Positions 28,123 to 42,249 of a stretch of 64,000 bases of DNA are shown here, piece after piece. The DNA comes from Eledone cirrhosa (taxonomy: Eukaryota). Below the pieces are notes generated by a model, which saw nothing but the letters and a program-made list of their open reading frames with translations, was not told where the DNA came from and did not search any database. A program made the translations under genes and the position numbers. Position 1 is the first letter of the stretch. Each line of letters starts with the position of its first letter. Location: NCBI GenBank assembly GCA_964016885.1, contig OZ024745.1, forward strand, positions 112,344,001-112,408,000, given 5' to 3'.

Positions 28123-30124
28123 GGATAATAATAACAGATTCATATATGTAGCAACGTAGAAGAAGTATTGGAAAACTGTAAAATCCTTGTAAAAGTAACT
28201 ATTTAGAGATTTGACACCTAAGAATTGTTTATGATGTTCTGCACAGAAGGAAAATAATGAAAATGTATGATATAGTATTCTTGTCTCAAGAAAATACATT
28301 CAAACAAAACTAGTTGGTTTTTTAAAGGGAAACAATCAATGTTGGAAGAATTTAAGTTTTTTCATCGGAAGGTGTATTCTTCATAGAAATAAGGGGACAA
28401 GTTGAAAATATGTCATACATACCATTTCATTGCTAGACTGTATGGTGAAGAAGGTGTTCTATCGTTGAATTATTATATAAATATATTCCACCCAAAGGGA
28501 CAAGTTGAATATATATCATATATATCATGTCGTTAGTAGACCGCATGGTAAGACATCGTGTTGCAACGCTGAATTACTGTATGAATATTTTCTACTTCCT
28601 CTATTCGAACCCGACCATGACGTCGAAAACACTTCAACCCTCTCACCCCACATCCACTCACCAGCTAATCGATTTCCCTTTCCCCTAACCTATCATTTCT
28701 ACATCTTATCTCTCCAGTGCCCCATCGTTCGTGCATCATACACTTTGTTTTAAAAAGCATGCATTGACTGACCATTTTCTTTTTGTGCCGATTGTCATCG
28801 AAATCTCCGGTTTTCTCGATCTCCGCATTGCCGTTTTCCACCTCCAAATCAGGATGAGGAAACCTCGACTGGTGAAGAAGCCCCACAAGAGGGAATGGCT
28901 GATGCAGCGAACATCATTGGCTGTTCTCCGCGGCAATTTTTTCTCCATCTTGTCTGCACATCGCAGCTGAGATATACCGTTTAGCCAAGAGTTTAGAGTT
29001 TGTTCTTTCTCCATTTTCCCCCATTTTCTTTCGTTTTCTCTTCTTAATTTTCCCCTCCTATATGTAAATATATATGGAATATGGAATTTCAAATCAATAA
29101 TTTTTAAATGCTTATAGTATAGGCAAAGCAAACAGAAAATCAGGAAACTATGAATATTAACATAGATAAGATGTTCTGTCGACTACTGTAAACAGCAGTT
29201 AATAATATTATATCAACAGCTCGAAACTTAGTTTAACATAATCTTTGTGTGTAACATTAAACTTGTAAATAATTTACAACTAAATCATATCGTGATGTTG
29301 TAAGAACAATATTGTTTCAAAGAAAATTACTTTTTCAACACATTTTCAATAACTTTTAAATACTTCTTACAACAGGAACAGACATATATATTTTCTGGTC
29401 GAATCTTATTCAACTTTCGGTCCTTATTTTAACTAATCTTCTCATTTTTTTGTCATTGTCCTTATATTTTAGTCTCTCCCAATATCTCACCGAATTGGCA
29501 GAGCTGTTAAGATGCCAGATACTTTGAGGTATTCGTTCCGACCCTTTGTGATGTGAGTTTAAATTCCACCAAGGTCTGGTAAAGTACCAGTCTAGTGTTG
29601 CAGCCGATTCTTTCTCTGCATCTCTTTCTCGCGCCCTATCTATCATATCTCTCCTTCTCTGAAAAAAATCAAAAAATCTGCTGTATTCAGACTTTAATAG
29701 GGGTGAACTCCACCGGGGTTAAAATGCTCAAGAAATGCTGTATATCACTACGGCACCCCTATGACTTCACCAAGAGTTACGGGCCCATATAAATATACAA
29801 AATATACAAAATCTCACCACATGGTATGATTGTAATATTAAGTAAGCGTAATCCATATATTGAATACACCACTTTTAATGGGTGTGTAGCGCTCGCCTAG
29901 CAAATCCAGAATATATGACCACTGACAGATATCACTGCCATTTCCAAACAATGATTACACCATCTTGATTGAATTCCTACGTGTTTGCTATGTGGAACGG
30001 TAATATTGTGATTATTGTTTTAATAACAGCTTCTTTCATTTTACAAAACTACTGGAGAACAGTTCAGCCATTGTTTCTTATGTCATAAACATTCACAACG
30101 TTCACTAGAACCACGGTGATAATC

Positions 30125-31012
30125 CTGTTGTTGCTGTTGTCGTTCTTTTTCATTTTCTTCTTCTTCTTCTTGTTGCTGCTGCTGTTGTTGTTGCTGTTGT
30201 TGTTGTAGATAGTCCTTCTTCTTCTTCTTCTTCTTCTTCTTCTTCTTCTTCTTCTCGCCTCCTCCTCTCCTTCTTCTTCTCCTCCTCCCCTTCTTCTTCT
30301 TCCCTTCTCCTTCCCTTCTTCTTCTTCTTCTTCTTCTTCTTCTTCTTCTTCTCGCCTCCTCTTCCCCTTCTTCTTCTTCTTCTTCTTCTTCTCGCCTCCT
30401 CCTCTCCTTCTTCTTCTCCTCCTCCCCTTCTTCTTCTACTTCTTCTCCTCTTCTTCTTCTTCTTCTTCTTCTTCTTCTTCTTCTTCTTCTCGCCTCCTCT
30501 TCCCCTTCTTCTCCTCCTCCGCCACCTTTCTTCTTCTTCTCGCCTCCTCCTCTCCTTCTTCTTCTACTTCTTCTCCTCCCCTTCTTCTTCTTCTTCTTCT
30601 TCTTCTTCTCGCCTCCTCTTCCCCTTCTTCTTCTCCTCCTCCTCCCCCGCCACCCTTCTTCTTCTTCTTCTTCTTCTTCTTCTTCTTCTTCTCGCCTCCT
30701 CCTTTCCTTCTTCTTCTCCTCCTCCCCTTCTTCTTCTTCTTCTTCTTCTTCTTCTTCTTCTTCTTCTTCTTCTTCTTCTTCTCGCCTCCTCTTCCCCTTC
30801 TTCTTCTCCTCCTCCTCCTTCTTCTCCTCCTCCTTCTTCTCCTCCTCCGCCACCCTTCTTCTTCTTCTTGCCTCCTTCTTCTCCTCCTCCTCCCCTTCTT
30901 CTTCTACTTCTTCTTCCCCCCCTTCTTCTTCTTCTTCTTCTTCTTCTTCTTCTTCTTCTTCTTCTTCCCCTTCTTCTTCTTCTTCTTCTTCTTCTTCTTC
31001 TTCTTCTTCTTC
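30125..31012. repeat. (CTT)n/(CCT)n polypyrimidine compound repeat
   Basis: Direct reading; higher-order unit CTCGCCTCCTC. Confidence 0.95.
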
Positions 31013-31280
31013 ATCCTAAATAATATGTTGATGGTGAAATGTGATAAATGTTTATCTATGTCACAATCCCTATCACAAATCATTAACAATAACAACAACA
31101 ATAAACCATCTCGAATATTCTTAAAGACATCCTCAACTACTTTATTATCTTTCTTATTCATATATTTCCTAGTCCACTCAATTTTGCTTCCCAACAATTT
31201 GGTAGTTTTCCATCTCTCACTTCTCTTTTTTTTCGTAAATATCTCTACTCTTCCCGCCCCCACTACGGTTGTTTGTTAAT

Positions 31281-31850
31281 CTCTACTACTACCACTACTA
31301 CTACTGCTACTACTACTACTACTACTACTACTACTGCTGCTGCTGCCGCCGCCGCTGCTGCTGCTGCTGCTGCTACTACTACTACTACTACTGCTGCTAT
31401 CGCCATTACTACTACTGCTATCGCCACTACTACTACAGCTACCACCACCACCGCCGCCACTACCACACTATTAGTATTACTACTACTACTACTACTACCA
31501 CCACTTCTACTACTACCACCACCGCTACTACCACCACCACCACCACCACCACCACCACCACCACCACCACCGCCGCCGCCATCACCACCACCACCACCAC
31601 CACCACCACTACCACTACTACTACTACTACTGCTATGCCACAACCACTACCACCACCACCATCACTACTACTACTACTACTACAACCACCACCACCACTA
31701 CCACACTACTACTACTACTGCTGCTACTACCACCACCACCACCACCACCACCACTGCCATCGCCCCCCCACCACCACCACTACCACACTACTACTACTAT
31801 TACTACTGCTGCTACTATTACCCCACCCTCACCCCCACTACAACCACCAC
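31281..31850. repeat. (ACT)n/(ACC)n/(GCT)n compound trinucleotide repeat
   Basis: Direct reading. Confidence 0.95.
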
Positions 31851-33020
31851 AGCCTGGGTCCAAAACAATCAGCGTCCAACAAATCTACTGCTGTGTCTAT
31901 TCTTAACAGCAACATTGAGGAAACAATACACACTACCAAGCATTACACTCAATAATACAAACATACATCTCACACCGAATACTAGGAGTCATATATGTTA
32001 GTTCTATAACGTTCACATCAGACATTGAAGACATAGTAAAGAAGGCAAAAAACGGCCAACAGCCATAATGAAACCACTCACAACTATCACATGAAATTAA
32101 CATAGGAATGGTGTAAAAACTACTACAGCCTTGGAGTATGACTTGGTAGTATTTATCATGCAGTCGTGAGCAGACAGAGATATTCCTTTGACTCTCCCAC
32201 TTTTGATCTAGCAGAACATCCAAGATGTGACAGCTGAAAGGAGAGAATGTTGCGCCAGCGAAGTGCTATTACTTCCTTTATCTACCCGGGAAAGATGAAA
32301 AGCAAAATGGTCCTCGGTGAGATTTATGACAAAGGACAAATATCCAATGCTTTCCCGACTCTGCCGAATCATCTACCTCAAGTGTATTGTACTGACAACA
32401 GGTTAGATCCATCATTGACTTTTCCAATCACACACGAGTCCTCAATCTCCCCACAAAGAAGACTAGAATAATCTACAAAGTACACAAATTATCAGACTTT
32501 GTATCATAACAGTCTACATCCACAGACGACCATCAAGACGAAACAAAAATATTAAAAATGAATTACTAGCTAAATATAAGCAGGCAATTTGTTGCTACAA
32601 AAAGGTTCCACACTCGCACCCGTTGATATTAAATTCAAAATTATCCCCAAGCACCCATACAGGGACACAGCAACTCAGGATGCTACTAAAACACCCCATG
32701 GTATTATTACAACGGTATCCTAAAATCATCTCCCTCACAATGTCCGAACAAGCATACAGATCATTTACATTTATAGAAAAATAGCTGCAACCTCAATAGC
32801 ATCTTAAGCTTCAACATTGTGGTGGGATGTACACCATCAATAGTAAGTGCAAATGAATAGCACAATAGTAAGTGCAAATGAATAGCATTTATCGTGCTCT
32901 GACCAAGGTTAGTTGTCTGCCTTCTTTATATCCAGATGCGGCGTACAGAGTTAGATTGGAGAATGAAGACAGAACGGAAATACCCGCATGTCAAGTTAAA
33001 CTCCATACAAATCCCTATTA
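31850..33020 (+). pseudogene. Degraded I/Ingi/Jockey-group LINE, 3' part of ORF2
   Basis: SASNKSTA.., LNNTNI.., ILGVIY..ITFTSDIEDIVKKA..MKPLT..LEY. Confidence 0.5.
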
Positions 33021-33193
33021 AACATCGGAAGGATGGTAAATTGGCAGAATCGTTAGAGAGTCTAGTATGCTTTGAGGAATTTAGTTACGGGCGTTTACGT
33101 TGAAATCTGGGTCGATAAAATAAAGTACGAGGCAAGCATTTTGGTCGATTGATCGAATTTCCCTTCCAACTAAAATTACTGCCCTTGTGACAA

Positions 33194-33374
33194 TGGATTG
33201 GCAGTATCGGTAGAGGGTCGGACGCCATGCTTTGCAGCATAGAGTTACACCCCTTTATGGTCTGAGTTCAAATCCAGCCGAGGTTAACTTTGCCTTTCAT
33301 CCTTACAGGGTCGCTAAAATAAAGTACCAGTAATACACTAGGATAATTGCTGGCCTTCTGCTAAAAGTAGAAAC
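33194..33374 (+). mobile_element. SINE family 1, short form, preceded by an older copy at about 33030-33190
   Basis: Matches the consensus. Confidence 0.85.
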
Positions 33375-33642
33375 AATTATTACACGTCAGAATGTGCAAT
33401 GATGTTTGCAGCTTGGCAGAGTCATAGTATAATTAGAAAGATCGGGTCGTGGACCGTCTGGCTACCTGCGTGTCATAGGGCTGCCCAATCAAAGCTAATT
33501 GGGACTACACAACATCAGCAATAATCAGACCCGATTTGAGCGATCGATCGATTAAAGAGAGTCAGCTGGATAAGAACAGTTTAGTCTGTTGCATGTTTTT
33601 TCATACACGCCTACTTCAATACAAACACACACACATATATAT

Positions 33643-33688
<46 letters not shown>

Positions 33689-33690
33689 GT

Positions 33691-33722
<32 letters not shown>

Positions 33723-33755
33723 GTACAAACACACACACACATATATATAGTCACA

Positions 33756-33964
33756 GGCATGTGGCTGAGTGGTTAGAGAATTGGATTCGCAATCGTAAGG
33801 TTGTGAGTTCGATTCCTGGACCGGGCGATGCGTTATGTCCTTGAGCAAGACACTTTATTTCACGTTGCTCCTTCTACCTGGAGTTGCGACCGATAGATAG
33901 TATTAGCAATTGGAAAGACCAACGGAAACATTGTTCCCTCGGTCCGATTTGACGAAAGTCGATC
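33756..33964 (+). mobile_element. tRNA-derived SINE family 2
   Basis: GTGGCTGAGTGGTTAG / GAGTTCGATTCC boxes and GTCCTTGAGCAAGACACTTT core. Confidence 0.85.
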
Positions 33965-34942
33965 ATTCCTTATATATATAGTAATGAAATACACACACAG
34001 ATACAGTCGGGACTGAAGAAAAAATAAGTATATCTTTGTCTATTATTTCCTCGCATCTATAATTTAGATATATAGTTCTGATTAACTGATTATGTTAATT
34101 CTTTTGAATATTTTAGCACTTTCTGTCATTGAGCAAATCTGGTCAAGGCGGACACCATACACACATATACCTATGTATCTTATTACTATTTTGTCCCAAA
34201 CTCCCTTGTGGTACAGTTCACCAGATGGGTGCTGACTGCTTTTTCTAGCAAATACGGTACTCACTAAATGTCCAGCCTCCACCTACCTTCTGTGACCGCT
34301 GTATCTTGTGTTCATTTCTCCTTCCCCCCCCCCCCCGAGAATTATTAACACAAACACACACACGTGTGAGTGTGTGTGTACTTCGGAATCATGGCCATGA
34401 GCTTAAACATCGTTACAGTTGCTGCTTTAGGCAACGAATTGGCAGAGTCGTTAGAGCGTCATATTAAACGCCTCAGTATTTGTTCCACCTCTCTATTTTC
34501 TTCTGATTTTCCTGTCATCGGAAAAGCGGTGAAGCTTTTGCCAGTTGTGACCGGCAGATAGTATTAGCAATGGAAGCATAGTTTCTTCCATCCAATCTGA
34601 CGATCAGCTCTTTTCCTTTTTTATGTAAAGTAAATAATTACTCGCCTTCATCCCACTAGCTAACAACAGATACAATTCTTACTTCATGGTTGAGCAGACA
34701 AAAACTGAAATGGTATCCAGCTGTAAAAATAATTACACCAGCAATATGCAAATTTCTGAGTTGACAAAACCATCCCATTCATGCCTGCATTAAAATACAT
34801 GTGCAACACATACATACAGACCCCCCCCCCCACACACACACGCACACGCCGACACCCATATATACTCTTTCTCACAGACACTTTGTCTCTCCCTCACATA
34901 CATTGTCTCTCACACACTCTATCATAGACCCACTTTCACACA

Positions 34943-34986
<44 letters not shown>

Positions 34987-35716
34987 CACACACACGTACA
35001 CACACTGACATACAATCATACACACAGAGATTCATTTTTTCTGTCTTCAAATGTAGTTGGCATTGTTAGTTAAGTCTCATGATTCACAACCCCAGTCATG
35101 TTCTATAAGAACTAATGTTTCTCCTTTCTCCGCTAATCACCTTCAGATTATCATGTTGAGACAATTGACTAGTAAGGTGCATGTATGTTATTAGCCTTGC
35201 AAATTAACATGTGTGTGTGTTTTTTTTTTGTGCATTCAAACTAACTAAACCTGCCGTTTGACGAAAATATAAAGGAATAGTCGGTTAAGAGACTAAATTA
35301 GGTCACATACAACGTGATTAACAAGAGAGTTTAACAACGAGTAAAAAGATGTGCTGTAAATCAGTAACTAATGTTAATCATTGCAATCAGTAGCAAACCT
35401 GTCTGTGGCTCTATAAGTCTTTTATACGAAGAAAAGACAAATTTAGCAAGGACTGGAGATTGATATTTAAATATCGGAGTTTCTTAAGTCTTTAGTACTC
35501 TCTTGAGGATTTATGCTTATGTGTGTAAATGCGTGTGTATGCATGTGTGTGTATGTGTGTGTGTGCGTCTGTGTCTCTGTGTGTGTGTGTATACGTATAT
35601 AAAGTCTGGGTTTCATTTCTGTGTATATGATCGTGAAACCACTGAAGGATCTGTTAATCAATTTAACATTGAGTCAATCATATCCCATCTCTCATCGCAT
35701 TTTGAAACAATTTGAA

Positions 35717-36225
35717 GGGGGGGGGGGAGTCGATTAAATCTACTCCAGTGCACTACTGGTACTTTATTTTATCGACCCCGTAAAGATGAAAGGCAAAACT
35801 AACCACGGCGGTATTTGAACTAAGAACGTAAAGGGCCGTAAGTCATAGTGTCTGACGCTCTACCGATACTGCCAATCCAACGCATAATATAATAAAGGGG
35901 CTATACATTTATTGTACCAATAGAAGATGCAACGTTAGCTTTTGGTGATGGGTGGAGAGAAGATAGGGTAAATGTGTTATGTATATTAGTGTAGAGTAGA
36001 TGAATGTACAGATGTACAGATGTTCAGAACCAACAAGCAGATTTTTATTATTTCAGAATCAGTAGAGGGTCGGACGCCATGCTTTGCAGCATAGAGTTAC
36101 GTTCCTTTACGGTCTGAGTCCAAATCCCCCCGAGGTTAACTTGTCTTTTCATCCTTACGAGGTCGATAAAATAAAGTACCAGTAATGCACTGAGATAAAT
36201 GCTGGCCTTGTGCCAAAAGTAGAAA
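35717..36225. mobile_element. Two SINE1 copies (35717-35880 minus, 36056-36225 plus)
   Basis: Both match the consensus. Confidence 0.8.
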
Positions 36226-36994
36226 CAATTATTTATATAGCGTAGGTGATAGTGCTTACACAAGACATGATCTAAGTTAAAGGAGACTTGTATATAGTCT
36301 TGATATGCAGTAAAACAATAACATCTTGTTTTATAAGTATGTTTCTATGGAAGTAAATCTATTCTACAGGCGTCTATTGTAAGTGAAATTTAAGGGTCAG
36401 TCCACTTCGTGGTGCTGCCAACAGGATGGAGAACACATGTTTACGACGCGGGAGACGCGCTGGAACAGCCACTGTACTCCAGCTTGTATATTTATTTTAT
36501 TTAAATTTCTTTTTACATAAACGAACACTATCATCGTTGGTCACATGTTGCCAACATGCCAACCAATGGGTTCCTGTATATCTTCCGGAGACTGAGAGAG
36601 GAACAAGGGAGTGTCTAAGAGACTGAGTTCAAATCTTGTCAACGTCAACTTTCATCTTCCCATCTAAAACATATCTTATCGATTTCTTTTTGTCGGACAG
36701 CTTAGTTATGGGACATAAAATCTATATATAAATTTCTGTGACTCTGTCACAACACGTAAAGAGAGAGTAGTTTGATTACCTCATACTACTCCTCTCTCGC
36801 TACGTATGTTGCCTGTGTGAATGTATGTGCGTGTAAAAGGAAGGAAGGGGGTGGTGAAAAAACGACGCTGTATGTGAGTGTATGTGTGTGTTTGTATAAA
36901 CGTATGTGTTGCGTGTTTGTGTGGATGTATGTGAGTGTTTGTGTGAATGTATGTCTACGAGTGTATATTTTTGTAAGTGTGTCTGTGTTTGTGC

Positions 36995-37031
<37 letters not shown>

Positions 37032-37111
37032 TACATATAAATGTATGCATATGCACATACACAAAGTCACACACATATACACATACACGTCAGCGTATGG
37101 AAAACAATTCT

Positions 37112-37288
37112 AGATTGGCAGTATCGGTAGAGGGTCGGACGCCATGCTTTCAAGCATAGTTACGTCCCTTTACGATCTGAGTTCAAATCCCGCCGAGGTT
37201 GACTTTGCCTTTCATCCTTACGGGGTCGATAAAATAAAGTACCAGTAATGCACTGGGTAATTGTTGGCCTTGTGCCTAAAGTAGAAAC
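37112..37288 (+). mobile_element. SINE family 1, short form
   Basis: Matches the consensus. Confidence 0.9.
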
Positions 37289-37342
37289 AAGTATATAAAA
37301 AAGCAGTAAACGTAAACACGCACACACAAGCACACGCATATA

Positions 37343-37500
37343 CAATGGGCTTCCACACAGTTTCCTTCTACCAAGATTCACTCACAGGGGACTGGTCAAG
37401 CCAAAGCCATAGTAGAAGACACCTTACGTGCAATATAGTGGGACTGAAGCCAAAATTACGAGTTAGCTTTGTGAACTCCTTAACCAAACAACCATGCCTG
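37343..37500 (-). mobile_element. Old tRNA-SINE family 3, octopus-type; a second copy lies at about 45232-45375
   Basis: CAGTTTCC.TCTACCAA..TTCACTCACA..ATAGTAGAAGACAC resembles an abundant Octopus SINE (recalled, not searched). Confidence 0.55.
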
Positions 37501-37571
37501 TCTCTATCTATTTCTTAACATTAAAGAGTATTTGGGATTGTTCATTCTAAAGTGTTCTATCTAATTTAGAA

Positions 37572-37642
<71 letters not shown>

Positions 37643-37647
<5 letters not shown>

Positions 37648-38095
37648 CGAAAGGTATTAGTAGTTGTTGTTAGATGAAATAAAAAGGATAGCTGATTTAC
37701 TTTATATATGAAAAGGTTTACTTCACTTCAGTCAAAAAGAACAATAAACAAGTTACCACGAGTTGCGAAGGTTGACAATGTTATTTTGTTGTTGGTTCAT
37801 GAGGCTGGTGTAGTCTGAGACCAGAAGAGAGAGAGAGAGTAATGGTCTGTGGTTGACTGTAGACCTCTGTGGCCTGTAGGTAGCAGTGAATCTTTACAGA
37901 GCTATTATCTATAGCGTACTGCTCCCATCTCTCTGTGTGTTAGACGTGGGTCGATACAGGCTTTATATACCTGTCGCTTTCTGTCTCCCGCCTTGAGGGA
38001 TCGCCCAACCATGAACTCGTCCACGACGGAAAGGATGGTGACCTAGAATTTGACTTTTAGGTGTCACCCAGGGTTCAAGGCGTGGACAGATTTCG

Positions 38096-38100
<5 letters not shown>
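37643..38100 (-). mobile_element. Probable solo LTR
   Basis: Terminal inverted repeat TGTAACGAAA...TTTCGCTATA; TATATAAAG and AGTAAA on the minus strand; about 460 bp. Confidence 0.5.
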
Positions 38101-38150
<50 letters not shown>

Positions 38151-38359
38151 TTTAAATTTGGTGGTTTACCACTGGGAAGAATTGTTAATTCTCCATTGTT
38201 AATCTTGACGTACAATGAGAAAAGCACTCGACGTTATGCAACTCATCCATATTTGATGATGAATCATGCTGGTGGTACGGGAACGGAGTTAAATATATCA
38301 AAATTAAAATGACAGGAGGTCGGACAGGTAGAATTTCATGAAATTATATATTACTAGAA

Positions 38360-38417
38360 ACAATATGCACACTTCAGTGGTCAGGTTGCGTAAGAACCCT
38401 GCGACATCCTCAGGTGT
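38360..38417 (-). ncRNA. Degenerate hammerhead related to 14183-14240
   Basis: Minus strand: acac CTGAGGA tgtcgcagggtt..aacctgaccact GAAG tgtgca TA ttgt. Confidence 0.45.
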
Positions 38418-38481
38418 AATATATATATACATATGTATAAAGTGACAATAAGAATTGCAGCTTTTTGTAAACTTATAATAA

Positions 38482-38563
<82 letters not shown>

Positions 38564-38765
38564 GATAGGGGGAAAGAAAAAATGGCTTCACTTGTGCTTT
38601 CAACAAATTTATTTTCTTCACAAAATCCCAAAAGAATTTTTATTAAAAAAAATTATTTTATAAATTAAGTTGTTGGTCGTTGGTTAGGTCTTAGGAGTTC
38701 TTGGTTAACGTAGGAGGTATTGTTTCGTTTTTAGAAAGACCTTTCACGCTGAGGTGCGCTTGTCA

Positions 38766-38827
<62 letters not shown>

Positions 38828-38920
38828 ATAATAATAAATGCGAAGACTAAAATACAAAGAGGGCTCGATAAGTATAAATATATATCAAATACATACAAAC
38901 CCTAGAGCAAATATTTTTAA

Positions 38921-38963
<43 letters not shown>

Positions 38964-39126
38964 ATAATAATAAATTTGAAGACTAAAATCCAAAGAAGGC
39001 TCGATAAGGATAAATATATATCAAATATATAAGAATCGTAGAGCAAATATGGGTTAGTTTCAGAAGAATCCGTTATGGGTGAAAGCAGCGATTCTTTGCT
39101 TAAACTTTAATCTGTTATTTTAATAA

Positions 39127-39223
<97 letters not shown>

Positions 39224-39288
39224 ATGTCCCAAGACTCTGAAACCATCAACACCAAAAACACAGAGCTGGCATATCTAAGAACTGACTA

Positions 39289-39344
39289 ACTGCCTGATGA
39301 GGTCATAGCCATTCAATGGCTATCATCGAAATATATATAGCAGT
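39289..39344 (+). ncRNA. Type I hammerhead ribozyme in a 160 bp island (about 39221-39377)
   Basis: actgc CTGATGA ggtc-atagccatt-c-aatggctat-catc GAAA tatata TA gcagt, then AAATAAA. Confidence 0.85.
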
Positions 39345-39416
39345 AAATAAAGGATTATGAGTTCATGCAATTGACTTATATATATATATATATATATATA
39401 TATAGGAAAATGTATA

Positions 39417-39510
39417 ACCCCGACAGCAGAGCTCAAGTCGTTTCGACGGCTATTTCTGGACTAAATTAGAATTTTAGCGGGGTAATAAATAGCCGAACTT
39501 TTCAAGGGAT
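39417..39510 (-). ncRNA. Hammerhead motif with a U3/A8 core (TTGAAAA)
   Basis: Minus strand: atccc TTGAAAA g-tt-cggctattt..aaatagccg-t-c GAAA cgac..gctg TC ggggt. Confidence 0.6.
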
Positions 39511-40365
39511 AATTACTTATATGGAAAGATAATAACATAACATACAATCTTACTTGGAGCTTACTGTCCAAGGCTAACTCCTATACGGGGAATGCCGTCC
39601 GTGTAACATATGCTCGGAGTAAACATTACAAATGTTGTTTACGAAGGACCAACTCCTAAACAAAAAAGACGAACTTGTAACTGCATGTAAACACTGATTG
39701 CGCAGGACTTACCTCACCTCAAACTCCCTCATGACACGGGTGGGTAGACAATGGCTGCAGCATCCTTCTTTTCCCCACTTGGCGAACAAGATAGGGAAAA
39801 CCCCAGCTAACATAGGTAGATGTACTTCTTTTCTTTTCCTTTTTCTTTTCTTCTTCCCTTTATCTCTTCCTATCACTTCCTTCTACTTTTCATTTTTCCT
39901 CTTTCGCCTACCCTGAGATAGCCCATCGGGCTTTTGTAGCCTCAGTACCCCACCCCATAAATTATATATAGCATTGGCCGAAAACGCAATACCAACTAAA
40001 TATAGCAGTTGCTTTAGAATCTAGAGATTTTTTTTATTACTTTTTACTATTTAATTTTATTATTTTTATATTTTTTTATTTATTTATTATCTTTTAATCT
40101 CAATTTATTAACCTATTCTATAACGCCCCACTCTCTAATTCCTCCAGAATCCTTTTTTGCCTGCTTCCTATCTAGCCTAATTTCATACACACTCCTTAGA
40201 ATTTTCTGTATAGAATTCACTTTCAACACTTGACCGGCTCCACCCACTCCCTCATTGTTCTACAGGCAAGTTCGGCCACCCCCACCTGCCATCCACTGCC
40301 ATGAAAGATTTCATTGTGTTTACAAGAAATTTTGACCAATTCTTTTAACACCGATATAAGGAATT

Positions 40366-40460
40366 ACCCCTCGAAAAGTTCGGCTATTTATTACCACGCT
40401 AAAAATTCTAATTTAGTCCAGAAATAGCCGTCGAAACGGCTTGAGCTCTGTCATCGGGGT
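40366..40460 (+). ncRNA. Hammerhead motif, family A (core TCGAAAA)
   Basis: acccc TCGAAAA g-tt-cggctattt..aaatagccg-t-c GAAA cggc..gtca TC ggggt. Confidence 0.55.
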
Positions 40461-40551
40461 TAAACATTTTCCTATTACCCACTCTACTACCCTAAGAATT
40501 GAGTACTCTGGTGCGTTATGGTCCATCTGGTTCCTTACCACACCTCCTTCG

Positions 40552-40618
<67 letters not shown>

Positions 40619-42249
40619 TTAAAATAAGCTGTCTTTCAAAATTTGCAGCCAGTTGCTACGTAAGGCATTCTTCATATAGGGACTAAATAGATTGACATAG
40701 AAACGAATTTAATAGCTGAACATTTAAGTTCAGTAATCGAAAATAATTCTAAATTAATTCGAGCTTATTATAGACACAACACAGCAATTATCAATTCGTC
40801 CCAGGCAAATTCATTCGTATACACTCACTAAAATTACAATTTCCATTTATAATTTACAAAGATAAAACTTATTAGAATAATGAATTTAAATAACTGTGCC
40901 ATTAGCGTTATTTAGAGAAAATACCAAAAGGATAAATTTTCGAGTTTAAATAATATTTAGATTTAAATGCTAAATGTCTTATGAGATGTAGAGTCGTTAA
41001 ACTCTGCAGTTAATGTACCATCATTAAATTGCATTGAGTAATCTTAGCAATTCTGTTTTGAAGGCGTGTTGGCAGAGTTGTTAGAACATCGGATAGAATG
41101 CTTTGTAGTATTCATTTCGTCTCTCTGTTCTCTGGTTTCAAATCCCACTGAGGTCAACTTTGCCTTACATCCATTCATGGTCAATAAAAAAAGTACCAGC
41201 CAAGTACTGGCGTCGATTTTTCTTCTATATCTCTTTCTCACTTCCTTTCTATCCTTCTCTTGACAAAATTTACGGTATTCAGAGAGGAGATGGGCTCCGC
41301 AAGGTTTAAAAAATGCCCTAGAAACACCATATATTAATATGGCACTCCTACTCCCTCGGGAGTTAAGGATCCATACCATATCATTGGTATAGCATTACGA
41401 ATGAAGAAAGAGAAAAGCCGAAACATATTCCAAGCAGGATAAAAGTTTCCACAGTGATAGTCTTTCAATATAATCGAGTCAAAATATCATATTTTGGGCT
41501 CAAATTATAGTTCAGATGAAAAGCCTATCACCCTCCTCTCTCACAAAGCAACAAGCTTATTGGATTGGTCAGAAATAGCACATATGCGTCATATGATATT
41601 AGATTGCTTGTTGTCTACGGCGTCCAATTTCCTTATCACGTGCTATGGTACGATAAAATTGTGCCTAAATTTGTTTATGGAATCGATATCCACAGAATGA
41701 TGAACACAAGCAAGTTTAACCGTTAGATTAGCCTTAAAAAAATGGCGTCATATGGCCATGTTATTAAGATCAACAAGCGAGGACACATTTAAATAATTCC
41801 GTATGTGTTAGTAGATAGCGCTACATATATATTCGTATATAAATAAACCCATGCACAAGGGTGGTGGATTGGCAGAATTGGTAGACCGTCGGATGAAATG
41901 GCATTGCGGTATTTGTTCTCGCTCTTTACGTTCTGTGTTTAAATCTTGCCGGGATCAATAAAATAGAGTACCAGTCAAGTATAGGAATATATTTAATCAA
42001 ATATACCATTACCATTAAATTACCATTAAATACTGTTTTCAAATCTGGTATCCAATTAGTAACTTCCATGCTGAGTGTCTTCTGCTACATCAACTACCAG
42101 GAGGTCGCCGCAACAGACAAAGACCGAAGACCGCTTTCCAAAGAATGGTCACAAAAGAACTGAATGCAAAAATCACCGCAATTCAGCAAAAAGCCAATGG
42201 GTAGCTTTTATTTTATCACCCTCATGACATTATGACATTATTTTAATAG

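Larger units (their letters stand above)
39405..40552 (+). mobile_element. Internally deleted PLE with inverted family-A terminal repeats
   Basis: 39405-39522 is inverted at about 40355-40473. The interior encodes YTGNAVRVTYARS..KRRTCNC, like the PLE RT-EN linker. (TA)n flanks. Confidence 0.7.

Noticed and set aside
32050-32110. PHD-finger-like ISCDSCEWFHYGC on the minus strand
   Set aside because: The other ligands are missing, and the plus strand is better explained as a LINE RT remnant
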